Part shown: positions 39,390 to 53,408 of the stretch, in pieces | How positions within the stretch are numbered: position 1 is the first letter of the stretch | How the letters are laid out: each line of letters begins with the position of its first letter | Origin: Octopus sinensis | Taxonomy: Eukaryota | Assembly: GCF_006345805.1 (NCBI RefSeq) | Contig: NC_043003.1 | Coordinates: 15,872,001-15,936,000 of the forward strand | DNA: 64,000 nucleotides | Direction: 5' to 3' | The notes under the pieces: model-generated | Seen by the model: only the letters and a program-made list of their open reading frames with translations | What the model was told of the DNA's origin: nothing | Databases searched by the model: none | Made by a program: the position numbers and the translations under genes

Positions 39390-41190
39390 TCCTTTCTACT
39401 AGAGGCGCAAGGTCTGGAATGTTGGGTGAGAGTACTAATCGATTACATCGACCCCAGTGTACAACTGGTACTTATTTCACATATCCTGGAAGGGTGAAAA
39501 GCAAAGTCAACCTCGGCGGAATTTGAACCCAGAACGTAAAAACGGATGAAATGCCGACAAGCATTTCGCCCGGCGTGCTAACGATTCTGCCAGCATGCCG
39601 CTTTCGCTGATAATAATGATGGCTTCAAATTTTACCACAAGGGCAGCCATTTTGGAGGAGAGAATGAGTCAATGACATCGACTCCACTGTTTCATTAGTA
39701 CTTAATCTATCGACTCCGAAAGGATGAAAGGATGAAAGTCCACCTCGGCAGAATTTGAACTCAGAACGTAAAGACGGACGAAATGCTTAGTGGCATTTCG
39801 TCCGGCATTCTAACGATTCTGCCAACGCACCGCCTTAGTGATAATAATGATAATAATAAATATGGCGGCGAGCTGAAACAATTGTTGGCTCGTCGAACAA
39901 AATGTTTAGCGATATTTCTCCTGTATTTACGTTCTGAGTTCAAATAGCACCGAGGTGGACTTTGCTGTTCATCCTCTTGGCATCGATAAACAGCGGATTC
40001 GTTGTAATCAACTTACCTTATCCCTCAAAGTTTCAGATCTTGTGCCTATAGTAGAGAGGATGCCCCTTCTGTCTTTACGTTCTGAGTTCAAATGCCGCTA
40101 AGGTCGACTTTGCCTTTCATACTTTCGGGGTCGTTAAAACAAATACTAGTTGAGCACTGCAGTTGATTTAATCGACTTAACCCCACTCCCAAAATTTCTG
40201 GCCTTGTGCCAAAATTTGAAACCGATATTTCGTCCGGCCCTTTATGTTCACAGCGGAGATCTACTTTGTCTTTGATCTGTTCGAGGTCAGTAAGTATCAA
40301 TCATTTACTGAGGTCAGTGTAATCGACTTAACCCTCTCCTCGAAATAGCTGGCCTTGTAACGAATTTTGAAACAATATTAAATTGGTAATAATAAAGGCG
40401 GCGAGTTGGCAGAAACGTTAGCACGCCGGGCGAAATGCTTAGCGATATTTTGTCTACCGTTACGTTCTGAGTTCAAATACCGCCAAGGTCGACTTTGCCT
40501 TTCACGCTTTCGGGGTCCATAAATTAAGTACCAGTTACGCACTCAGGTCTATGTAATCGACTTAATCCCTTTGTATGTCCTTGTTTGCCCCCTCTGCGTG
40601 TAGCCCCTTGTGGGCAGTAAAGAAATAAGAAACGTTGGCTCGCTGGGCGAAATGGTTAGCGATATTTCTTCCGTCACTACGTTCTGAGTTCAAATACCAC
40701 CAAGGTCAATTTTACCTTTCTTCCTTTCGGGGTCGATAAATTAAGTACCAGTTGCATACTGGATCGATCTAATCCGCTGGTCCCCTCCCCCAAAATTTCG
40801 GGCCTTGTGCCTAGAGTAGAAAAGAATAATAAAGGCGGTGACCTGGCAGAATCGTTAGCACGCCGGGCGAAATGCTAAGCGGTATTTCGTCTGCGTTACG
40901 TTGTGAGTTCAAATTCCGCCGAGGTCGACTTTGCCTTTCATCCTTTCGGGGTCGATAAATTAAGTACCAGCTATGCACTGGGGTCGATGTAATCGACTTA
41001 ATACCTATGTCTGTCCTTGTTTGTCCCCTCTGTGTTTAGCCCCTTGTGGGTAATAACGAAATAGGTATTTCGTCTGTCGCTACGTTCTCAGTTCTACCGA
41101 GGTCGGCTTTGCCTTTCATCCTTTCGGAGTCGATTAAACAAGTACCAGTTACGCTCTGGAGCTGATATAATCGACTTAATCCCTTCCCCC
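39390..41190. mobile_element. Dense SINE family B cluster (about 8 units, both strands)
   Basis: Repeated family B bodies separated by (TAA)-like spacers. Confidence 0.85.
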
Positions 41191-41203
41191 AAATTACATT
41201 GAT

Positions 41204-41577
41204 AACAAGAGCACCGAGAGAGCGCAAACCTCCGCCAAGGCAACACCAATATCCTCTCAATGATTATCCACACACGATTTTTAAAATTAGAATATCTTAA
41301 ATAAACTCGACTACTCTCACAAACGAATATATTAAAAATGGACCCGACCGCTCTCAAAAATTAAGTTAAAAATTAAGTTAAATTAAGGAAAAATAATCCA
41401 AAATCCTTGTCCGGTGCCGGATCGATCCCAAAATCTAATCGGTTCGTGCCAGTCACGTGGCCAAACATCTCTGAAAGTTTCATTTGAATCCATCCATCGG
41501 TTCTTGAGATATTTTGTCCACGGACAAACAAACACTACTGGAAACAATACCGCTGCCTTTGCTGAGGCGGAGGTAAT
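41204..41577 (-). mobile_element. Non-autonomous Helentron (HINE/DINE-1-like)
   Basis: Subterminal inverted repeats ACCTCCGCC (41228-41236) and GGCGGAGGT (41566-41574); 3' stem-loop GCGCTCTCTCGGTGC; T-rich ends on the minus strand. Confidence 0.75.
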
Positions 41578-42080
41578 AATGAATAACAAGGTGTCGAGCT
41601 GGGAGAATCATTAGCACGTCGCACAAAGGCTTAGAAGCATATTTATGTAACTCTTTACGTTCTGGGTTCAAGTCTTACCAAGGTCAACTTTGCCTTTCAT
41701 GCGTTCGGGGTCGATAGAATTGTGTACCAGTGAAATCACTGGAATTGATGTAATCGACACCGCATCCCTTCACAACTGATGGCCTTGAACCTGGAGCGGA
41801 CTGACCTCTCCGTGTGAGAAAGGCAGTGCGTTGGGATCTCGGTCACTTTTACGTCACAGAAACCTGATGACCACCAGTCTTTCGAGTCCTTGGTCTCGAT
41901 GAAAAATAAATAATAATAGTTTTGTGTAAAGTTAGTTATAAGTGAAAGTGTGTTTGAATGTGTTTTGTAAGCTTGCGTTTGCAGGAGAAAGAGTGATAAA
42001 CGTAAAGAAAAGAAAGCGTTTGTTGTTTATATGTATGTGTGTGTGTGTCTGTCTGTACATGTGTGTATATATGTGAGAAA

Positions 42081-42115
<35 letters not shown>

Positions 42116-42570
42116 GTGAGAGACAGAGTTGTGCGTGTGTATATGAATGAGACTGAAAAGACGAGAAGAGAAAGAAATGAAAAGAAAGAGGAAGAAAGGC
42201 AAGAAGAAATGAAATCCTGTGAGGACCTAATAAAAATCAGTGACAATTGAAACAAGAATTTAAAACCTTCGTTATTTGTTATTTTTAATTGGTCTGCAAC
42301 CAGAGAAGATGAAAACGAAGACTACAGGTTGCGGTGAAGGCGGCGGAGGTGGTGTTGATGGCGAATTGCTGCTGCCGTTGTTGTTCGTGGTGGTGGTGGT
42401 GGTGGTGATGGTGACGGTGGCGAAGATGACGGTTGTGTTGTGTTGTCGCGTTTATGAGTGGTGGTGGTGGTCGCGGTGGTGGTTGGTGTATGACGTGTGG
42501 TGTTCTCGTTGTTGTAGATTCAGCTGATGGGAAATAAGAAGTTACAGTCGGCTTGCTTTACGGTTCTCAA

Positions 42571-42586
42571 AGAGAGAGAGAGAGAG

Positions 42587-42637
<51 letters not shown>

Positions 42638-43003
42638 GAGAAAGAGAACGAACGAGAGAGAGAGAGAGAGAGCGAGAGAGCGCGAGAGAGAGAGAGAGAA
42701 AGAGAACGAGAAAGAGAGAGAGAAAGAGAACGAGAGAGAGAAAAAAAGAGAACGAGAGAGAGAGAGAGAAAGAGAACGAGAGAAAGAGAACGAGAGAGAG
42801 AAAGAGAACGAGAGAGAGAGAGAGAGAAAGAGAACGAGAGAGAGAGAAAAAGAGAACGAGAGAGAGAAAGAGAACGAGAGAAAGAGAGAGAGAAAGAGAA
42901 CGAGAGAGAGAAAGAGAATGAGAGAGAGAGAGAACGAGAGAGAAAGAAAGAGAACGAGAGAGAGAAAGAGAACGAGAGAGAGAGAGAGAACGAGAGAGAG
43001 AAC

Positions 43004-43034
<31 letters not shown>

Positions 43035-43200
43035 CGAGAGAGAGAGAAAGAGAACGAGAGAGAGAAAGAGAACGAGAGAGAGAGAGAAAGAGAACGAGAG
43101 AGAGAGAGAACGAGAGAGAGAGAGAACGAGAGAGAGAGAGAACGAGAGAGAGAGAACGAGAGAGAGAGAGAACGAGAGAGAGAGAGAGAACGAGAGAGAG
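42571..43200. repeat. (GA)n array punctuated by AAAGAGAAC
   Basis: Direct inspection. Confidence 0.97.
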
Positions 43201-43540
43201 ACTGATAGACAGATAGACAAACAGGCAGATAGATAGACAGACAGACAGACAGAGAGTGAGGTATATCATGAATGTTGTTGGTTTCTTTTTTTCTAGTTAT
43301 ACTGGCTGGTTATACTGATGTTGGTAATGTCGGTGATGCAGTTTGCTCTTAGTAATGGTTTTAGACGGCAAATATTGATAAATAGGACAGTGAGTGGAAA
43401 TGTAGTCGGTGGCGGCTGGATTTCGATAAATACAATAAAAAAACTAATGTAAATGGGATTAAAATAACTTATTCTTGTATTTAGGCTTATGTTTCTCTTC
43501 TATTTCTCTCCTTTTTCTTTTCTCTCTCTATTCATGTATG

Positions 43541-43572
<32 letters not shown>

Positions 43573-44043
43573 TGTATGTATGTATGTATGTATGTATGTA
43601 TGTATGTATGTATATATTATGTATGTATTATGTATGTATGTATGTATGTATGTACGTATGCATGTATGCATGTATGCATGTATGTATATGTATATGTATA
43701 TATGCGTGTGTGTATGTATGAATGTATGCATGTATGTACGTATGCATGTATGTATGATTATGTATATATGCATGTATGTATGTATGTATGTATGTATGCA
43801 TGTATGTATGTATATGTATGTATTTATGTCATTCAGTTTATTTCAAGATTTCTTGCCAATAGAGAAAGAACCGGTTTCTAACCTAGATTCAAGGCTCCTT
43901 CATTGGAATTTCAACATCAACAAGATATTTTTGTTTACTTGTAAGTATGTACGTATGTATGTATCTATGTAGGCGCAGATTTGTATGTTTTATGTATGTA
44001 TTCTCATGCATATAGTTGCATATCAAGACATACTCATATATAT

Positions 44044-45075
44044 TTAAATGACAAACTTCTGGAAAGTTTTATAGACTTTTACAGTTCCAAGGATGGACTG
44101 GATTTGTGGTCTTCGAATTATCTTTCTCCTTTCTGGTTTTGAGAAGCCTAATTTCTAAAGATTAGTAATTAGGCAGTGTTATACGTCCCAGGGCCCCAGT
44201 ACTTACAGGCATAAACCTGAACTTGTAATCTTGATAGAGTAACTGCAGATTATCTCAATAGTTCAGCATATGTATTCTCTTTTTTACTGATCTTCAGCTT
44301 TATATTAGCATCCGCTGGGCAGCTAATTTCCACAACTTTGCACAGTTTGTCTTCTCTATCCCAAATCATTATATCAGGTCTGCTGTGCTTACATTTTATT
44401 GAGGTCTTCACTGGTCCATTCCACCAGTATTCTTTTACATTATGAGTGGCTATGGCTTCTACCATACTGTGAGTTCTTATTTTTTTCCTCGCGATTATTC
44501 TTCCGACGGATTTCATCATAGAGAGTCCTAGCTACAACATCATGTCTGGGTGGTATCTTCAGTGTTAACTCCACAAAGTCTGCATAGGTTATCACATTTT
44601 ACTGCTTTTCCTGCATCTCTATCTCTTTTGTGCATCAGGTACTTGGTTGATATTTCCTCTTCTTGGAATGTAAACACATACCCTTCAAAGTGGGAGGTAA
44701 TAATCCGGCTATTGGTCCATGATAAACTGCTTTGATGATCGATGTTACTATCATTACGGAGCTTTCTACTAACATATCCATGCATAGTCTTCTGCTCCTA
44801 TAGCATCATCCTTCCATTTGATAATACGTTGCGGTAGAGTCGTGCGACTTCTTTGAACATGTATTCTAGGTTATCAGACAAAGATTCTTGCTCAAGGAGC
44901 TGTCTTCCAAGTTTCATGATGTTATCAGTCTCATGTATGCAGACTTGGTCAAGGGATGCACTTTGACACTTGGTGGTTAAAAGATGTTGCCGAAGGGATA
45001 TGATGTGACATTCAAAGGCATTTTGGATCGATGTTAAACCTCTTCTGCCTTGTTTTCGTTTTAGGTAGAAGCGGT
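44044..45075 (-). pseudogene. R4/Dong-like non-LTR retrotransposon C-terminal relic (zinc knuckle and RLE endonuclease)
   Basis: [70 protein letters not shown]; stops and frameshifts. Confidence 0.88.
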
Positions 45076-45123
45076 CTAATCACTGTGTATATATATGTAT
45101 GTGCGTGTGTGTGTACGTATGTG

Positions 45124-45227
<104 letters not shown>

Positions 45228-46492
45228 GTATGTATGTATGTATTATTACGTATATGTGTGTATGTATGTAATTACACTCTTCCCTGAAATAGTTATGTCT
45301 TTTTAAAGAACAAGTAGAAATATTTTCTCGTATACGTACAATCAATTGATATGCTTCACTGAATTTGCAATTTTTAGATAACGTTCTATGCTTTTATGTA
45401 CGTACGTACACAATCACACACTCGCGCACACATGCATACATACATACACATGCATATATGCAGTAAACACGTTCGTATCACAATTCTATGAAATTCGAGT
45501 TAGACGTAAAGACTAAATGCCGACTATCTCTGACTTCGGGTTGAGCAGTGCTTTACGAGTGTAATTTTTGTTCTTTCCTGAAATGTATATATCTGTGTGT
45601 GTGTGTGTTCATTTATATTTATATCACGGTATTACAATGACGTCAGCCCGTTGCATGGTTACCCACTTACAGATGAGTGGACTGGGGCGGCGTGAAATAA
45701 AGTGTTTTATTCAGGAATACAACCGTCGGTCTAAGAATCAAAACTACCATCTCGCGATCGTGAGCGCAACATCCTAACAACTATGCCACGCATTTTCTTC
45801 TTACTCTCTCTCTCCCTTCCTCTCTCTCTCTCTCTTTCACACACAAACACACACATACATACATACATACATACATAATACATACATAATACATACATAC
45901 ACACGTATATCATCTGTTATTAGCGACAGAAACATTATGCGTTTACCTAGCAATCTGTTTATCATACAGAAAGTAGATATATCGTTGAAAACCTCCTAAA
46001 CTACGCTATTCGTCTCGGGTAAAAACCATTTATAGACGGATAGAATAAAATTGCAGAACTATATCAGCAGTATCCACTGATATATTTCTGCATTCTTTAA
46101 GACAATACGTTTCTAAGAGATGCTTTCCTCGAGACGAATATCACAGTTTAGCAGGCTTTCAACAATGTGTCTGGGTTTAAGTATGACACGCTGATTGCTA
46201 TTTTGAACTGATACAACTCTCTCGCTAATAATAAAGTTTATTCAGGCTGCCAACTAATTGCAACATCAGTGTCTGTTCAACAATGTTTTACTATATCAGT
46301 AGCGGTTGATTATGTCTTGGCAGCGGTTGCCAGTGGCAGTTAGGTGCTGACAAATTGGGGAATATGTATTTATCTATGCCACCATTGCTGCTAAACGACG
46401 TCCGTCAGCCACTAGAACTGGTAGTGCGTTTTGTCTTTGGGGAAGGCAGTGCATTTCACTTTATTCTAGTCTACTTAACTGAAAACTAAAAC

Positions 46493-46910
46493 CTATTTCT
46501 TTACTACCCACAAGGGGCTAAACACACAGGGGACAAACAAGGACAGACAAACAGATTAAGTCGATTATATCGACCCCAGTGCGTAACTGGTACATATTTA
46601 ATCGACCCCGAAAGGATGAAAGGCAAAGTCGACCTTGGCGGAATTTGAACTCAGAACGTAGCGGCAGACGAAATACCTATTTCTTTATTACTCACAAGGG
46701 GCTAAACATAGAGGGGACAAACAAAGACAAACATAGGTATTAAGTTGATTACATTGAATCCAGTGCGAAACTGAGACTTAATTCATCGACCCCGAAAGGA
46801 TAAAAGGCAAAGTCGACTTCGGCGAAATTTGAACTCAGAACGTAGCGGCAGACGAAATACCACTAAGTATTTCGTCCGGCGTGCTAACGTTTCTGTCAGC
46901 GCGCCGCCTT
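46493..46910 (-). mobile_element. SINE family B dimer
   Basis: Two ~184-bp tail-A units plus head. Confidence 0.85.
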
Positions 46911-47058
46911 ACTGAAAACAAATACCAGCCGAGTGCTGAGGTAGCTCTCTCTCTCTCTCTCCCTCATGCTGAAACATCCAGAACATTCGTAATGTTTGCA
47001 AACAAACATTTGGAAATTTTTACTTACAACGTTAATCAGTGATTCCTTTAAGTATACA

Positions 47059-47156
<98 letters not shown>

Positions 47157-47340
47157 GTGTGTGTGTGTGTGCGTGTGTGTGAAGGAACCAGACGTATTAT
47201 AGAATTCTTTCTAAGTTGTTTTTATCGTCTGAAATAAATTACTAATAGGTCGTAAAAATACATACTGCGTGTATTAAATACTATCTATCTCTAACCAGAT
47301 GGAGTACTTTATTATTGATCATACCATCACGGAACACTTT

Positions 47341-47435
<95 letters not shown>

Positions 47436-47519
47436 GTTTACAAGATTCTTTATATGAGTTCGTGTGTTGAAGCATATTCCGTTGTGTCTGGGGAGAGTCA
47501 TTTTCTTTTTGTACCTTCA

Positions 47520-47692
47520 CACTCACCGGTAAAATTTCAACTTATCCCTTACTTATAATCATCCTAAAATTTTCGTTGCGTCTTGCAACCTTTTCAATAG
47601 TCTTGAGTCAAGAGTCAAGACTACTGAAAAGGTTGCAACGAAAATTTTAGGAAAATAAAAATAAGGTATAAGTGGAAATTTTACCGGTGAGT
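47520..47692. mobile_element. Fold-back MITE (Tc1-like ends CACTCACCGG)
   Basis: Imperfect ~170-bp palindrome ACTCACCGGTAAAATTTC...GAAATTTTACCGGTGAGT. Confidence 0.7.
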
Positions 47693-47748
47693 ATGTTAAA
47701 TTATAAGGCACAAAAAGAAAATCACTCTCACCAGACACAACAGTAAAC

Positions 47749-47749
<1 letters not shown>

Positions 47750-47780
<31 letters not shown>

Positions 47781-48085
47781 CACACACACATACATATATA
47801 TATAATTTAATTTTAAATTTTAATTTTAAATGAGACTGAGAAATTAGATATTAATTTAATTAACATCGATTTCACAGGAGTGGTCCAGCATAAAAAAACT
47901 GAAGGTTCAGTAAAATTGTATTATATACATATACATATATATTAGAGGTAAAGCACTATGTGGACACCCATATGCTAGAAATAGATCCGCTACGGTCTAA
48001 CCACAAATTTTTCTTCAGAACATTTGTTAGTGGTGAGACCGTAGCGGATCTATTCTAGCATATGGGTGTCCACATAGTGGTTCCC

Positions 48086-48122
<37 letters not shown>

Positions 48123-48819
48123 CTCAGGAGTGGCTATGTGGTAAGTAGCTCCTTACCAACCACATGGTTCCGGTTCAGTCCCAATACGTGGCACTTTGGG
48201 CAAGTGTCTTCTACTATAGCCTCGGGCCGACCAAAGCCTTGTGAGTGGATTTGGTAGATGGAAACTGAAAGAAGCCTGTTATGTATATGTATATATATAT
48301 GTGTGTTTGTGTGTGTGTTTGTCCCCCCAACATCGCTTGAAACCGATGTTCATGTCCCCGTAACTTAGTGGTTCGGCAAAAGAGACCGTTAGAATAAGTA
48401 CTAGGCTTACAAAGAATAAGTCCCGGGATCGATTTGCTCGACTAAAGGCGGTGCTCCAGCATGGCCGTAGTCAAATGACTGAAACATGTAAAAGAGTAAA
48501 AGAGTATGTATATATATATATATATATGATGTATTGAATGTGGTCTCATAACAGCCAAGTTATGTTATCGAAGTGTTTCATGCTCAAAATCTTCCAAGGG
48601 TGGTGAAGTAAATTAAGCATCAGCAGACCAGGCTGAACTTAGTAGTATCTGATGATTGTTGATTTACATCATTTTCTGCATGAAGCTATTCTTTAACATA
48701 AATCATCTTCCATGAGATTAGATTTATAATATGTTATTAAAAAAAAAGATAACCAAATATTCGAGTATTTTTTTTTTACTCAAAGACAAAAAATTCTACA
48801 TACAAAACTGACATGAACA

Positions 48820-48851
<32 letters not shown>

Positions 48852-49166
48852 ACACACACCACACACACATACATATATATATAATTTAATTTTAAATTTT
48901 AAATTTTAAATGAGACTGAGAAATTAGATATTATTTAATTAACATCGATTTCACAGGAGTGGTCCAGCATAAAAAAACTGAAGGTTCAGTAAAATTGTAT
49001 TATATACATATACATATATATTAGAGGTAAAGCACTATGTGGACACCAATATGCTAGAAATAGATCCGCTACGGTCTAACCACAAATTTTTCTTCAGAAC
49101 ATTTGTTAGTGGTGAGACCGTAGCGGATCTATTTCTAGCATATGGGTGTCCACATAGTGGTTTCCC

Positions 49167-49197
<31 letters not shown>

Positions 49198-49891
49198 GGC
49201 TCAGGAGTGGCTATGTGGTAAGTAGCTTCCTTACCAACCACATGGTTCCGGTTCAGTCCCAATACGTGGCACTTTGGGCAAGTGTCTTCTACTATAGCCT
49301 CGGGCCGACCAAAGCCTTGTGAGTGGATTTGGTAGATGGAAACTGAAAGAAGCCTGTTATGTATATGTATATATATATGTGTGTTTGTGTGTGTGTTTGT
49401 CCCCCAACATCGCTTGAAACCGATGTTCATGTCCCCGTAACTTAGTGGTTCGGCAAAAGAGACCGTTAGAATAGTACTAGGCTTACAAAGAATAAGTCCC
49501 GGGATCGATTTGCTCGACTAAAGGCGGTGCTCCAGCATGGCCGTAGTCAAATGACTGAAACATGTAAAAGAGTAAAAGAGTATGTAATATATATATATAT
49601 ATGATGTATTGAATGTGGTCTCATAACAGCCAAGTTATGTTATCGAAGTGTTTCATGCTCAAAATCTTCCAAGGGTGGTGAAGTAAATTAAGCATCAGCA
49701 GACCAGGCTGAACTTAGTAGTATCTGATGATTGTTGATTTACATCATTTTCTGCATGAAGCTATTCTTTAACATAAATCATCTTCCATGAGATTAGATTT
49801 ATAATATGTTATTAAAAAAAAAGATAACCAAATATTCGAGTATTTTTTTTTTACTCAAAGACAAAAAATTCTACATACAAAACTGACATGA

Positions 49892-49900
<9 letters not shown>
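47750..49900. repeat. Tandem duplication of ~1.08 kb (2 copies)
   Basis: GAGACTGAGAAATTAG at 47832 and 48912; each copy carries a MITE and a SINE A; boundaries lie in (CA)n. Confidence 0.95.
47938..48093. mobile_element. Fold-back MITE in (TA)n (duplicate at ~49017-49175)
   Basis: ~65-bp arms TTAGAGG..CACTATGTGGACACCCATATGCTAGAAATAGATCCGCTACGGTCT and its reverse complement. Confidence 0.8.
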
Positions 49901-49950
<50 letters not shown>

Positions 49951-50419
49951 ACATCTGATTCGTCAATTGATGTACGTACTCGAACACGCCCGCAGTTCTA
50001 GATGCCTACATGTCTACACTCCTACACGCCAAGGCAAACACATGCAAACATATAACTCATAATTTTAATGTACATATGAATATATGTATATATATCTTAA
50101 AGTTACGCTTCATGTCTGAAACAGTGAGATTACTATAGAACACCTACCTAAAATTCTTATTCTGGTTACGGTACGGGTAGTTGATTTTTTTCATCTTGTC
50201 TCGGCGGTCATTGACCCAATCAGATTAAATTTGTATTGAGAATAAATAGATGCATATAGCAATGTGTAACCTTATGCCATTACAATCTATAGAGGAACAA
50301 ATATTATTACACAGTTCTATATTTAAGAGATGAGGAATTATGTACATTATTTATATTATTTACATTCGACGGATATTTTTTACATTATTTACATTCGACG
50401 GATAGATGCCTTGGGAAAT

Positions 50420-51650
50420 ATTATTATTATATGTTTGAATTTTTGCTTTGTATTTGTACAAGTTCACTCCAAATCTTACCCAGAGACCTCAAGAGACAAC
50501 ATGTCAGAAGTTCGTGTTGGTGTTATTCCTAAGGTGTCACATATTTGGTTTTGCACATAGTATTGTTCTAGAGAACGTTTAAGAAAGCATATGAAAATTA
50601 TGAGTTTGTTTTAAAATTTGAGATTACCTAGACAGTATTTTATGTAGGATATGGGAAGTTCCCATGAGCACTATCTTTTGGATTTCTGCTATTTTTGAAT
50701 TTCCTGGTATCTGAGCGAAATAGGAATCAGACCCTTTTGCTATCATTCCCAGGTGTCACATATTTGTCACAATTTTAGCACAGGTTTTCATACGCTTAGC
50801 TTTTTATGTACTTATTTCTAGTACGTCTAATTCTGGAATTTTTTATATTTGGAATTCACTTAGATATTCCTGTGCCTGTTTTGTTACTGATTATGATGCT
50901 TTCTTGTTTTCATGCTTTGAGACAAGTTTTAACATCCAGTCATCAAGGTTTTTCAGGTAGGTGTATAGGCCAATTGTGGCAATCCTCATTGCTAATTCCA
51001 GTTGTAAAAGCCCACGGTCACCCTCTTTCTTGGCAGGTGAAGTCATTCTGTGCCTGCCTTAGTGTGGTGCAGGCAATGCATTGTCAACAATTTCCATATT
51101 TTTCTGTCATGATAACATATTTCAGTTATTGACCAGTTAATGATATTGAAGGTGTAAGTCACGACTGGTATGGCTAAAGTATTGATCGCTTCGATCTTGA
51201 TTCTTGCATTCAGCTCTGTCTTGAGTATTGCACTTACCCTGCGATAACATTCTCTTCTGATCCTTTTCCTCATCACAGTTTGACTCCGTCCCCTTCAAAT
51301 ATCCCTAAGTATCTGTAGCTCTCTGCTGGTTCTAATTACTTTATGACATTCTGCTGGTCAAGATTAACATGAGATGTTTCTGTCATTTTTCCTTTGATAA
51401 AGGTAGTCTTTGCAAATTTATCGAGGCTAAATTGCATCCTGATATCATCACTGAATTGTTTAACAATCGCTAGTAATCCCTATAGCAGTTAGTCATTTTT
51501 TTGCAAAGAGCATTCAATCATCCATGTAAATGAGATGATTTATATTTTTATCAAATATTTTATAGCCATCTTGTACGCCATCAAGCAATTTCGAGAGAGG
51601 TATTAAGACGAGACAAAAGTGGAGTGAGGATCGAGAGTCATCCTGGAAAA
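50420..51650 (-). pseudogene. R4/Dong-type non-LTR retrotransposon relic (RT to 3' end, internal deletion)
   Basis: FQDDS..FCLVLIPLSKLL..NHLIYMDD..FSDDIRMQFSLDK..YRRVSAILKTELNARIKIEAINTLAIPVVTY..GLLQLE..IQKIVLMGTSHILHKIL*; short TAA tail near 50420. Confidence 0.9.
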
Positions 51651-51780
51651 GGTCTAGTGCTATTCTTTTGGTTGTTTGCATTCTGAGCCCTTATGATGGA
51701 AGGCATCATCTGCTTCAATACCACCACCGGGTACCACGGCACATTTAACAGAATTCACTCTGTAGGAAACATTCACACCA

Positions 51781-52165
51781 AGGTGGCGACCAGGCGGAAA
51801 CGTTAGCACGCCGGGTGAAATGCTTAGCGGTATTTCGTCTGCCGCTACGTTCTGAGTTCAAATTCCGCCGAGGTCGACTTTGCCTTTCATCCTTTCGGGG
51901 TCGATTAAATAAGTACCAGTTACGCACTGGGGTCGATATAATCGACTTAATCTGTTTGTTTGTCCCCTCTGTGTTTAGCCCCTTGTGTGTAGTAAAGAAA
52001 TAGGTATTTCATTTGCCACTACGTTCTGAGCTCAAATTCCGTCGGGGTTGACTTTGCCTTTCATCCTTTCTGGGTCGACAATTAAGTACCGGTGAAATAC
52101 TGGGGTCGATGCAATTGACTATCCCCCTCACTCAAATTTCATGTCTTGTACCTATAGTACTAAAA
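51781..52165 (+). mobile_element. SINE family B dimer (tail A unit then tail B unit)
   Basis: Junction AAGAAATA|GGTATTTC at ~52002. Confidence 0.85.
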
Positions 52166-52926
52166 AAGGAAACATTCACACCTAGGTTTCTATGTGAACA
52201 TAATTTTCTCATTATCTCTTCGCAGTCTCGAAGCCCTTAAAAAATTAATTCATTACCGTCTGTTCTTTCTCCTCTCTGACTACACGGTAAAAAATATCAC
52301 TCTCTGTATTCTTGAAAAAGCCTCAACATTTATATGTGTAAAGATAAGGTAGACAGACAGTGAAACAGACAAAAGTATGATGCGTAGTAAGGAGCTTGCT
52401 CTCCAACCGTATGGTTCCGGTTTTGGCACCTTGAGCAAGTGTCTTCTATTATAGTCTCGATCCGACCAAAATCTTGTGAGCGGATTCTGTTGCCAGAAAT
52501 TGAAGGAAGCTTGTCGTATTTGCATACATATGTCCGTTTGTATGTGTGTGTGTGTGTGTGTGAGTGTGTGTGTATGTGTGTGTGTGTGTGTGTGTGAGTG
52601 TGTGTGTGAGTGTGTGTGTGTGTGTGTGTGTGTTTATCCCTCAGTAACCTTGACAACTGTTTTTAGTGACTTACGTCTCTGTAAATTAGCGGCCGATGAA
52701 ATATGAACCAGGCTTAGACAGAATATAAGCATTGGTGTTGATACGTTCGACTAAATATTTCTCAAGGCAGTGCTCCAGCACGGCCTCGGTCTCACGACTG
52801 GAACAAGTTAAAGAAAAGGATGAAACATGAATCCAGCTGTAAGATTAATAGAGAATTAAGCAAGCATGAGGCAGGCAGGCAGGCAGGCATACATACATAC
52901 GGACAGACAGACAGACAGACAGACAG

Positions 52927-52979
<53 letters not shown>

Positions 52980-53408
52980 GAGAGGCAGACAGCCAGCTCA
53001 CCAGTCGGATAGACAGACAAACAGACAAAGAGAATTGGATGAGGGGACAAAAGTTGTTATATTAAATTATTACAATTTCATATTTCTTTAATTAAATTCT
53101 CGATTCAAATACTCACGATATTATATTGGACCTAAACAAAAGAAAACAATGAGTGATATTTTAATGAGAAACCTTAAGAGGCATCGGTTTCACTAATTGC
53201 ATTGTCGTCGGAGATGTTATACTCTTCTCTCCAGAAGCTTGCTCTTCTCTGTTCATTGGAAGCAATCCGAAAATTAAATCACAACGCAATATTTGTGCGC
53301 TTTCTGTTTTATTTCGATCCCCAAACGTGTAGAACAAACCATCTTTAATTTTAGTTAAAGCAATATTTAAAGAAACCTAATACTAGTTAATGATGATAAA
53401 TACGCATG

